NCBI RefSeq assembly: GCF_018350175.1
Contig: NC_058383.1
Coordinates: 15,254,001 to 15,318,000, forward strand
Source: Felis catus
Taxonomy: Eukaryota
Length of the DNA stretch: 64,000 bases
Direction: 5' to 3'
Position numbers and translations under genes: made by a program. A model generated the notes under the pieces. That model ran no database searches, had not been told where the DNA came from, and saw only the letters and a list, made by a program, of their open reading frames with translations. Below, piece after piece: positions 38,826-50,348 of the stretch (position 1 is the first letter of the stretch; the number at the start of each line of letters is the position of its first letter).

Positions 38826-39375
38826 TATACTGTATGATTCCATTTCTATAAAGTTCAAGGACAGGGAAAACTATCTTACAGTGTTAGAAGACAAAACAGT
38901 GATTATTTTTAGAAAGAAGAGGGGCTGATGACCAGGAAGGAAGATGAATGGTGCAAAAGGGTGACTCTGAAGGTGTTCTTCATATTACATACATACTCAT
39001 ACTGTATTCTTAAGTTTGTTGCTGAAAACAGAGGTGTGTTCATTCTGTAATAATTCACCAAGCTGTCCATTTAAGCTCTATGCACTTTTCTGTACCTATT
39101 ATATACTATAGTAATAAATCCTATTGGAGATAAAATATATGCAAAGTTCTGGGAAGAGGCATTCTATACATAAGTATTCATGGGTAAAGTGATGTATTTA
39201 TTTGACTTGAAATATTCCAATGCCTCCTCCACTCCAAAAACAGAGGGGAGACAGGTGAAATAAGAAATGTAGAGTGCCAGTAGTTGCCAAAGTAAAGACT
39301 GTGGTTACACAGGAATTCATTCTAGTATTTTCTTTTCTCTTGGGTGTTTTAAAAATCTATAATAAAAAGTTTAAA

Positions 39376-39460
39376 ATATATATATATATGTGTGTGTGTT
39401 TAAAATATATATATATATATACATATATATTTATATATGAATTGGACACATATATATATC
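39376..39460. repeat. Compound (TA)n/(TG)n low-complexity tract
   Basis: Direct reading. Confidence 0.9.
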
Positions 39461-41050
39461 TGTGAATTGGACAGAATTCTGTTGTTTCTAATTAGGCAGC
39501 TTTCAGTGCTACATATTCTGGATGAGGTTATTATATCCCAGGACTACAGCTCTTAATTTCAACGATTTATCTTGACAGTTGCAATTCAAGACAATCTCGA
39601 GTTGAAGCTGTGTCAAAACAAGATAAAATGGTCTCCTAAAATATGGTACTGAGTTACTAGTAATCAAAGAAATGCAAATTGAAGCAGTAATGAGGTACCA
39701 TTTTGGGTTATCATATCGGCAAAGATTTTTCAAAATAGCAATATTCAATGCTGCCTAGAGTTTAGCAAGACAGGCATACTCATTCACTGACAGTGAAAGC
39801 AAAATCCAGCAAAAACATTTTGGAAAGTAACACAGCAACATGATTAAAGAATCTGAAAAATACTTAAATCTGTTGACCCAATAATTGCATTTCTAAAAAT
39901 TTCACGTTTGGAAGTGATAAAAAATTGTGGACACATACGGATATTTAAGAAAGTTCATTCCAGCTTTGTTCATAATAATGAGATATTATTCTCAAGAGCT
40001 TCAATCCCAAGAAAGAGCAAGATGATTTAGGGCACAGCTATTTAACACTAAAGATGATATTTCAGAACAGTGGTTATGAATCCTAACATAGCAGAGAAAC
40101 ACATTCCTAACAAAAGAAGAGCTCAATGGAGATGTGATTTTCAGAAAGGGGTAGGAAATGAGGAGGGGGCTTGTTTTTTTGTATTTGTTCCTACTGAGAA
40201 TAACTGGTGTTAGAAGAATGTTTAATGATGAGGGATAATTTTTATGCAATAGTGCTGAATTTTTAAATAGCTAAAAAGAAAACTGTACATATATGATAGT
40301 ATTAATGACATAAATAAGGCTTGAAGGAAATATAACGAAAGCTGTGGGATCAGAAAACATGTACACACATACACACGCACACATTTTTAAATAGTACTGA
40401 CTCTTGAGAGGAGACTGAATCAGCTTAACAGTCTCTTGATGTTCCTGATCTCAACTATCCATTATAGCAGATGGCTTAAACAAAATTCTGCTGCTCAAAA
40501 ACCAGAAATGCAGTAAAGGATATAGAAAAAGATTTGCCTTAGGTTCAGCAAAGCCTCAGAAGACCACGCCTATCAGCCAGAATACTAGACAGAGTGTGCC
40601 CAGAGTTTAAAGGGTCATGTGCCTCCACAAGTTACTTAATAGCAAAAAAGAAAAAAGAAAGAAAGAAGGACTTGACATCTTCCTGGCAACGTCTTCCTGG
40701 CAATGTGGTTAATACGCAAGAAGATGTTGCCTGCATGAAGGAGTAGAAGGAGGGCGAAACCGTATATGTGATATATGTATAGACACAGAATAGTCCACAC
40801 ATACAACAAGATATTATAATGCATATAATAGACATACAGGCAAAAGGGGTTCATCTCCTGAGAAACCACAAGCAGAGAAAGCTCAGAAGTGCAAAATGCA
40901 AAAGACAAAGGGGGCAGAGAGCACTGGCAATTGGATGAGACATGGAGAGATTGTAAATAAATATTCAATAGCAAGGAAAAAATTCCCATTAGAGGATTTT
41001 TTTAAAAAGCAGAATATTTACACTTCAGAAAAGCTTAGAATAGTACAGAG

Positions 41051-41162
41051 CAGTGTTTCTGCATCCTCTGGAGGTTGGGAGAAAGTGGAAGAGGTGGCTC
41101 CACTGGCATCTTAACGGGACAGTTTCCACTGTGTGAACATGACCTGTATCCTGAGAACCACT
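41051..41162. mobile_element. Possible short hAT-Charlie (MER5-like) MITE
   Basis: Terminal cagtgtttct … gagaaccact resemble MER5 TIRs. Confidence 0.35.
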
Positions 41163-42589
41163 AACATAGAAGCTTACAACATGGGAATGCAAGGAAAAGG
41201 AACGAGACTAATAATTTTTGAAAAAGATGAATAAGGGAGAGAGAATGTAAAGAGTAAGGACAAAAGCAAAAATAAATGAAGAAGAATATATAAATGGGAA
41301 GGTTTCTACCGGAAGCAAGAGCTGAGCACAAAATCCGAGGGCCACTCTCTACTTTCCGCGTGAGAGAACATCTGTACTGAGAAGTCTAAAGCCACCACCA
41401 CAAGGTGAGTGACAGCCTATGTACAGAAGAGTAAATACAGGTCAGATAAACAATGTCATAAAAATCAATAAGCAGAAGATCATGTTATTGCCTACAAGCA
41501 GGGTGCGTACACAGACTCCAATCACTGAAGCAACACATCGACTTGGATGTCTCCAGATACTGACAAAAGAGCACAATCTCTGGCAATGTTCCCACAGGCA
41601 GTCTATCTATCCATCATCCTGCAGCAGACACAAACAGATAGAAACACCTGAATCCAAAGTGTAAAGATGGAATGAGAAGGTTATCTCAATATAGCCAAAC
41701 CACATTTCACAAAACTATTGAGATAAAGTAAATCCAGAAGGAATATAGAACAGCCAGAAACCATACATCCCCAAAATCAATAAATCCTATAGATCTGTTT
41801 CTCCAGAAATATTACCTGTAACAATTCATGAGTTTAAGTACCAAATGTTAGGTACTAAAAGCTCCCTTCCTGGGAATTAACTGTCCAAATGCAAACACTC
41901 TGTAGTTAAGAAATGTTCAGATTGTTTTAACCCACCAATTAACCTCCCTGTGCCTAAACTTGGCTCCAGAATTTAAAAAAAAAAAAAAAAAAAATGACTC
42001 ATTAGAAGGTGACTAAACCCTTGAAGTAAGCCTATAAAATTTCCTCCCTGGAAAGCTTAACAGTGACAAGATGTGCCTGTGTATACAGTACTCTACCTCA
42101 TGTCTGACTCATAAGAAAGTGAATCTGGAATGACAGCAAGATACGCCTGAAGAAGGGCGGATGGCACTTGCTCTACAAATACTAAAATACCAAAATTAAG
42201 CCTTTCATCTAAAATCCTTACTTATCTAATTTGCATTATTTACCAAACAGTGCATACAATGGACATATAGTCAAAAGGATACTTCAAGTTCATCTCTTGA
42301 ACCATCCCCATGGCAATATAGATGAAATGAAAAATGAAAAGTAAATTAGATAAAACTGGCTAAAAAATATATAATGAAACAGCCTTGTGATCAGGAATTG
42401 GACCTAGCAGCCTCTTAAGGGAACATATAGGAACAAAAATAACCTCCTACTCAAGAAGAGCCTGCAAACAATTCCAAAAGATGTGTGGAAATCTAACATT
42501 CCCCAAGACAGCCAACATAATCTACAATCAGAAGAGAAATGTTAGTAAAAGAAAATTAAAGTGATAGAGCAGGCAATTTAAAAATAAGC

Positions 42590-44700
42590 GATAAACTGAA
42601 GACATGACTTCATAAAAATGGCAACTTGCCCAAATTACATGCAATTCCAATCAATATCCCCAAGTTCTGTGTGTATATGTGAATTGACAAATTGGTTCTA
42701 AAGTAAATATGAAAATGTAGCAAGGTGGTAAGAATAAGCAAGACAATTTTGAAGAAAAATAATTTTAAAGAAGGAAGAGGGGTCTTTGGTGCTAAATATC
42801 AAGTCTTATAAAGCTATAGTAACCATGGGGCAATGAGACAAGAAAGAATAATCAACATAACACAGTAGAAAGTTTAGAAACATCCATGAATATATGAAAA
42901 CTTGATTACAATAGGCAGCCATTATAAATCATTGGGTAGAGAACAAATTATTCAACAACGAATGTTGCTGCAATCGATTATTAACATGGGGGGAAAAGAA
43001 CCCCTGCTTCATAACATCCTTAAAAAAATAAACAGATAGGGGCCCCCACATCGGGCTCTGTGCTGACAGCTCAGAGCCTGGAGCCTGCTTCGGATTCTGT
43101 GTCTCCCTCTCTCTCTGACCCTCCCCCACTCACGTTCTCTCTCTCTCCTTCAAGAGTAAATAAACATTAAAAAATTTTTTTAAAATAAATAAACAGATAG
43201 ATATGCACACATATACATGTGTATGTGTGTGTACATATGCTCATAGAAAGAGATATTTGGTCCTTAATAAAAAGCATTTGCAAGTTAATGAAAATCATAC
43301 ACATCTCAAAAGAAAATAATGGTTAAAAACCAAAACAGTTTTTCACAAAAGAATACATACAAAGGGTCAACTAAAATATAGCAAATTATTTTAATATCAC
43401 AAATAATTAAATGCACATTAAAACAATGGGCACTGGTAAGAAAAAAAAAGTTCAAAGTAGCAATGTTCATAATAGACACAAGCTGGAAACATCCTTGATG
43501 CTCATCAAAAGTTCAATGAATTAAATTTTTTTTTAACGTTTATTTATTTTTGAGACAGAGAGAGACAGAGTATGAACAGGGGAGGGTCAGAGAGAGAGGG
43601 AGACACAGAATCTGAAACAGGCTCCTGGCTCTGAGCTGTCAGCACAGAGCCTGACACAGAGCTCGAACTCATGGACCGCGAGATCATGACCTGAGCCGAA
43701 GTCAAACACTTAACCAACTGAGCCACCCAGGCGCCCCAAAAGTTCAATGAATTAAAAAATTTGTGACACATTTACAATGGGATTCTATAGATCAGTGAAA
43801 AAAATTAATCATTGCTACATACAATAACATGGATAAATTTAATGGATCTAATGCTACTAAAGAAGCTAGACCAAATAAAAGAGTACATGTTTAATGATTC
43901 AGAATAGTGGTTAATTTGGGAGATGAAGGATAGTGTGGAAGGGACATGAAAGAGACCTTTAGGGTGTTAATTATACAGGTGGATTGACTTTACTTAAAAA
44001 TTCATCAGGGGCGCCTGGGTGGCTCAGTTGGTTGGGCGACCGACTTCGGCTCAGGTCATGATCTCACAGTTCATGGGTTCGAGGCCCGTGTAGAGCTCTG
44101 TGCTGACAGCTCAGAGCCTGGAGCCTGCTTCAGATTCTGTGTCTCCCTCTCTCTCTGTCCCTCCCCTGCTCACGCTCTGTGTTTCTCTGTCTCTCAATGA
44201 TAAAGAAATGTTAAAAAATAAAATAAAAAAAAAATTCACCAAGCTGTACACTTAGGATTTCTATGCTTTAGTGATAAATGTTACATTTCAACAAAAAGAA
44301 AATTAACAATAAAAATAAGACTTATAAGACCACACATAAAATAAGACAACTTTATTGTTTTATAAAGCTGAGTAATGATAGAATATTAACATGTGAAGTT
44401 GGTAAGAATGTGCAGAAATGACAAGTCCATGTGATACAAGCTTATTACTACATGCCCAATTTGGCAATATCTACTTAAAACCTTTATAACTGTAATCTCT
44501 TACCCCAGGAATTCATCTTCTAGAATTTATTCTAAGGAATCAGAAATATGAGCAAAGATGTACATAGGTTTCACAGTATTTATTAGTAGATGGGTTAAAA
44601 AAAAAAAAACAATAGCAAACCCACTGGATGAATGACTATGTGGCAATTAAACTCAGTGTAATAGAATACTTTCACAAAGGATCACGACATAGTCCTAAGT
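42590..44700 (+). mobile_element. Decayed L1ME fragments with Can-SINEs at 43039-43190 (+), 43525-43737 (-) and 44007-44235 (+)
   Basis: L1 motifs gcaattccaatcaatatccc…gaattgacaaattggttctaaa; SINE consensus matches. Confidence 0.7.
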
Positions 44701-46527
44701 GAAAAAAAATCAATAACCTAAACCTTCACTTTAGGAAAGTAGAAAATGATGAGCAATTTAAGCCTAAACCATAATAATAAAAGAAAAGAAATAATAAAAA
44801 TTAGAGCAGAAATCAATGACAGTGTAAAAAAGAAAACCAATAGCGAAAAATCAACAAACCAAAACACAGTTCTCTGAAGAAAGAAAAATCACTTACCATC
44901 GATAAGCCTTCACCTACACTAACCAAGAAAAAAAGATAGAAGACATAATTTACTGAGATCAAAAATAAGAGGGATCATCACTATTGATCCCATGGACAAT
45001 AAAATAATAATAAAGTAATACTCAACACTATGCCCACAAATTTGATAACTTGGATGAAATGGACAAATTCTGTGAAGACACAAGAAGAAATCATACGATT
45101 AGGGCTATGTATATTAAGGAAGTTGAATAATTAATAACCTTTTAAGCCCAAATGAGTTCTACCAAACATCTATGTCAGAAATGACATCAATTCACCACAA
45201 TCTCTTCCAGAAAAACAGAAACGAGGTACACTTCTCACAGAATGCTGAGGCCAGCATTACCCTAATATCAAAACCAGATAAAGGCATTTAAAAAAGGAAA
45301 ATTGAGGGCAATATCTCTCATGAGCATAGATTTGAAAAAAAAAAAAGCATTAGTAATCAAACCATGTTTAAAAATAATTATACATAAGCTGACCAGTTGG
45401 GGTTTATTTCAGGTATCCAAGGCTGGTTCAGTATTCAAAAAATTCAACATCACACATCAATAGGCTAGTGTAGAAAAATCATACTATCTATAAATTAATG
45501 CAGTAAAGTATTTGACAGAAGTCAACATTTATTCATGATAAAATCCTCAGCAAACTAGGAATAAAGGGGAATTTCCTCAAAACAATAAAGAATATCTACA
45601 AAGAACCTACAGCTAATATGACACTTAATTGTGAGAAACTGGACATTTCCCCCTTGCCCAAGACTGGGAATAATGCAAGGATGCTTCCTCTTGCCACTCT
45701 TATTCAACAAAGTACCAGAAAACCCAACTACTACAAGAAGACAAGAAAAAGAAATAAAAGGTATATAAATTGGAAAGGAATAAAACTGTTTTTATTTGCA
45801 AAAACTGAAAAAAAATCTCCTCCTAGAACTACTAAGTGAGAATAGTATGATCAGAGGATTCAAGATTTACAAACAAGCCAACTGCTTTCCTATATACCAG
45901 AGATGAACAATTGGAATTGGAAATTTTTTAAAAATTACAACAGCACCACAAAAATAAAATATGGGTACATAAATCTAATAAGATATACACAAGGTCGATG
46001 TGCAGAAAACTATAAAAGTCTGATTAAAGAAATCAAAAAAATCTTTTAAAAAAGGAGAAATATTCTATGTTCATGAATTGGAGGACCCAATATTGTTAAA
46101 ATGTCACTTCTTCTGAACTTGATCTACAGATTCAACATAACCTCAAACAAAATGTCAGCAAGCTATTTTATAGATACTGACAAACTGACTGTAGGGTTTA
46201 TACAGAACATTAAAGACTTACAACAACCTACACAATTCTAAAGGAAAACAAAATTGGAGAACTCACATGATACATTTTCAAGATTTGCTATAAACCTATA
46301 GTAAGTAAGACAGTACAGTATTGGCAAAAGAAGACATACAGATCATCAGGATAGCTAAAAAATGGATCCAGACAAATAGAATTAACTGATCTTTAGCAAA
46401 GGAACAAAGGCAATTCAATTGAGAAAAGACAGTCTTTTCAACAAAACGGTGCCAGAATATTTGGACATCCATAGTAATTAATTAATTAAACACACAAACA
46501 GATGGATTTAGATGCAAACCTTACACC

Positions 46528-46567
<40 letters not shown>

Positions 46568-48075
46568 CTTAAATATAAAATGCAAACCTATAAAACTTCT
46601 AGAAGAAAACACAAAAGAAAACCTTTGTGACTTTGGGTTTGATAAAGAGTTTATAGATTCAAACCAAAAGCATAATCCAAGAAAGAAAGCATTGGTAAGT
46701 GACTTTATTAATATTAAAAATTTCTGTTCTGAGAGAGATGCTGTGAAGAGAATGAAAGACAAATCAGACTGAAAGAAATATGCAAAGATATACACAAAGC
46801 ATATATCTGATAAAAATTTCATATCCAAAATATATAAGGAACTCTTGAAACTCAGTTCAAAAAACAATTAAGAAACGGGCAAAAGATCTGAACAAACAAC
46901 TCAAAAAAAAAAAAAAAGATGTACAGATCTCAAACAGGTGTACTGAAAGATGCTCAACCCCATGTACCATTAGAGAATCACAAAACGACGACGAGATACA
47001 ACGATGTGGCTGCTAGAAGGTCTAAAACTCAACAACCAACAATAACAGATGCTGATGAGAATGCACCGCAACAGGAACTCTCCATTGCTAGGGGAGATGC
47101 AAAATGTTACAGCCACTTTGGAAGACAGCTCAAGCAGTTCACTGGAACATTAAACATAGACTTACCATCAATCCAGCAATGGAGTTCCTAGAGATTTACT
47201 CAACTCAGTTGTGTTTACCCAAAAACCTGCATGCAAATGTTTATAGCATTTGGTGATTATGAGTAGTCACCCAAAACTGGAAGTAACCAAGATGTCTTTC
47301 AACAGAGGAACAGATAATCTGTGCCGTGTCCATATAATGAAGTATTGGTGAGAAAAAGAAATGAATTTTCAAGCCATGAAAAGACATGGAGGAACCTTAA
47401 GTGAATATATACATAAGTGAAAAAAGTCAGTCGGAAAGGGCCACACACTGTATGATTCCAATTATATGACATACCAAAGACACAAAACTGTAAGAGAGAG
47501 TTAGAAGAACAGTCGTTGCCAGGGATTTGGGGGCAGGTGGGGGATTTTGAATAGGTGAAGCACAGGGGATTTCTTAGAGCAGTGAAATTGTTTTATATGA
47601 TAGTGTAATGGTGGATACATGACACTGTGCATTAGTCAAAACCACAGAACTTTACAGCTCAAAGAGAGAATCTTAATGTATACAAATTTTGGCTCTGTGA
47701 TCTTCTCCCCAAAAACATGTAACAACTGCAGTCAAATCACAAGAAAAACATCAGACAAATCCCAATCAAGGGGCATTCTAAAAAATACCTGACCAGTATT
47801 CCTAAAAACCATCAAGGCAATGAAAACAAGGAAAGTCCGAAAAAAAAACCAGTCACGAGAAGCCTATGGAGACAAAACTATTAAATGTAATGTGGGATCC
47901 TGGAACAGAAAAGGGAAATTGGAATAAAATATTAACTTAATGTATCAATGTTAGTTCATGAACTATGACAAACATACCATACAAATGTAACATGTTAATA
48001 ATACAGAAATAATAGTAAGGGTTCGTGGGAACTCTGTACTGTCTTTTTAATTTTTCTGTAGCTCTAAAACTGTTC
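44700..48075 (+). mobile_element. Old L1 (ORF2 linker/RT/C-terminus plus L1MC/MD-type 3' UTR)
   Basis: NLDEMDKF-coding sequence, IKLLEENTKENLCDFG, and 3' UTR motifs. Confidence 0.88.
46532..46564. repeat. (AC)n microsatellite inside L1
   Basis: Direct reading. Confidence 0.95.
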
Positions 48076-48091
48076 TAAAATACAAGTTCAT

Positions 48092-48312
48092 GGGGCGCCT
48101 GGGTGGCGCAGTCGGTTAAGCGTCCGACTTCAGCCAGGTCACGATCTCGCGGTCCGTGAGTTCGAGCCCCGCGTCGGGCTCTGGGCTGATGGCTCGGAGC
48201 CTGGAGCCTGTTTCCGATTCTGTGTCTCCCTCTCTCTCTGCCCCTCCCCCGTTCATGCTCTGTCTCTCTCTGTCCCAAAAATAAAATAACAAACGTTGAA
48301 AAAAAAAAATTT
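48092..48312 (+). mobile_element. Very young-looking Can-SINE, TSD tacaagttcat
   Basis: CpGs of the head intact (cgtccgac, acgatctcgcggtccg, cgcgtcggg). Confidence 0.95.
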
Positions 48313-48564
48313 AAACTACAAGTTCATTAAAAAATTAAAAACATACCCAATTCTTTATAATAATAAACAAATAGAAATAACCATCAATCAGGAAGCGGTT
48401 AAGCAACATAGCCATATGGGTGCAGCTATGTAAAAGAATGAGGTAAAATTATTTGCATTCAAACACAAAGAGGTACAATATATATTGATAAACAAAAAAA
48501 GAACAACCTATAGGCACTATGTAAAGTGAGATCCTATTTGTATTTTTAACCTTCAGTAGAGTTT

Positions 48565-48790
48565 GGGTGCCTGGGTGGCTCAGTCGGTTAAGCATCCGAC
48601 TTCGGCTCAGGTCATGATCTCACAGTCAGTGAGTTCGAGCCCCGCGTCAGGCTCTGTGCTGACAGCCCAGAGCCTGGAGCCTGCTTTGGATTCTATGTCT
48701 CCTTCTATCTCTGCCCCTCCCCCACTTGTGCTCTGTTTCTGTCTCTCAAAAATACATAAATGTAAAAAAAAAAAAAATTAAAAAAAACAT
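48565..48790 (+). mobile_element. Can-SINE
   Basis: Consensus match. Confidence 0.92.
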
Positions 48791-49655
48791 CCAAGTATAG
48801 TTTATATGCACTACATATGTCAATGAAGATACTTCTAAAGTAAACAGAAATCCCTTTGGGAAATAAGATTTAAGGTGAGAAGGGAGTGGGGGATCAAACA
48901 GGGAGGTTTTTAGTTTTTATACTTCTGCATCTTTTATGAGAGTAAACTTGACAAAGTAATTTTTTATCTTAAAAACACAAACTATAAAACAATACGTACA
49001 GTAAGGTACCTAAAAAAAATACTGGCACATATGTGTATACATAAACATAAGATTAAAAGGACTTACACTCCTCATGTATTGCTTTGGTAGGGGGAAAGCC
49101 CAAGAAACATAAGATGCTAATCTCAACTACGGTAAGTGTGAATTAAGAGTAAAAATGACTTCTTCCTGGTGAAGAGTGACTGCAGAACAGCTGTGCTAAT
49201 AAGAAGGGAGATGAGGGGAAAGTAGGCTTGAGAACACAGACGAGGTTGGTTTTGCCCAGGAGTCAGCAGAGCAACAGGTGAGTATGTCTGGAGGCACAGT
49301 TAGTTGGGAAACAGGAAACAACTCAGGAGCAGGAACGGGGGTGGGGGGGAAGCACAGAAGGATGTGCTCCAGCAAGATCACGAGGACAAAAGAAGCCTGA
49401 GGACTGAAGCGTGGGAAACACCTCCGGTAAGAGGGTGCAGGGAGGAGCCTAAAGGTGGAGAAGGTGGTAAGGAACAAGAAAGAAAATGAGGAGAATGAGA
49501 TGTTCTAAGAAACCAGGGGAAGAGAGAGTTTCAGGAAGCAAGCGGTGGTAAGGCGAGCAGTGCCAAGTTCAGGAGGACCAACGGGGAAGCAGCTGTAGAC
49601 CAGGCAACTAGCCAGCAAGGCCCCAGCACCATGTCGGTGAGTCCCGGGGGGTGCC

Positions 49656-49942
49656 CAGGGGGCACAAGCCTGTTCTGTTTTAGGCTTTGGGAACTAAATG
49701 GTCTCTGCGGCAGCTACTCACTCTGCCAGAGGAGCAGGAAAGCGGCCACAGCCAGTGTGCCAACAAGCAGCATGGCTGTGTTCCAGTGAAACTTTATTAC
49801 AAAAGCAGGGCAGGGGTGCCTGGGTGGCTTGGGCGGTTAAGTGTCTGACTTTTTTTTTAATGTTTATTTATTTTGTGAGTGAGTAAGTGAGTGAGTGAGT
49901 GAGTGAGAGAAAGAGAGGGAGGGAGGAAGGGAGGGAGGGAGG

Positions 49943-49976
<34 letters not shown>

Positions 49977-50348
49977 CAGAGAGACAGAGAATCCCAAGCA
50001 GGGTCTGAGCTATCAGCACAGAGCCCTACTCGGGGCTCAAACTCATGAGCCCTGAGATCATGACCTGAGCTGAAACCAAGAGCCGGACGCTTAACCGACT
50101 GAGCCACCCAGGCACCCCAAGCATCCAACTCTTGATTTCGGCTCAGGTCATGATATCAGGGTTCTAAGACTGAGCCCTGCGTTGGGATCTGCACTGACAG
50201 TGCAGAGCCTGCTTGGGATTCTCTGTCTCCTTCGCTCTCTGCCCCTCCCCCACTCTATTTCAAAATAAAATAAATATAAATACACATTCAAAAAAAAGGG
50301 CAGGGGCAAGTCAGGTTTGGGCCAAGGGCTGTAGTTCCCCACCCCCAG
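49656..50348 (+). mobile_element. MER58A-like hAT MITE interrupted by a Can-SINE (49813-50297) that itself contains an antisense Can-SINE (49851-50118)
   Basis: ttttaggctttggg…ggctgtgttccagtgaaactttattacaaaagcagg | …gggctgtagttccccacccc. Confidence 0.85.

Larger units (their letters stand above)
32960..39370 (+). mobile_element. Stack of at least four old L1 fragments (ORF1/ORF2 pieces and several separate 3' ends) with SINEs at 33184, 33848 (+) and 38180 (-)
   Basis: ORF1 motif NFKNLVKNINLHIQEALQTP. Separate 3' ends near 34720, 35680, 37580 and 39120. The ORF2 segment caagacttact…aaagcta recurs. Confidence 0.85.
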
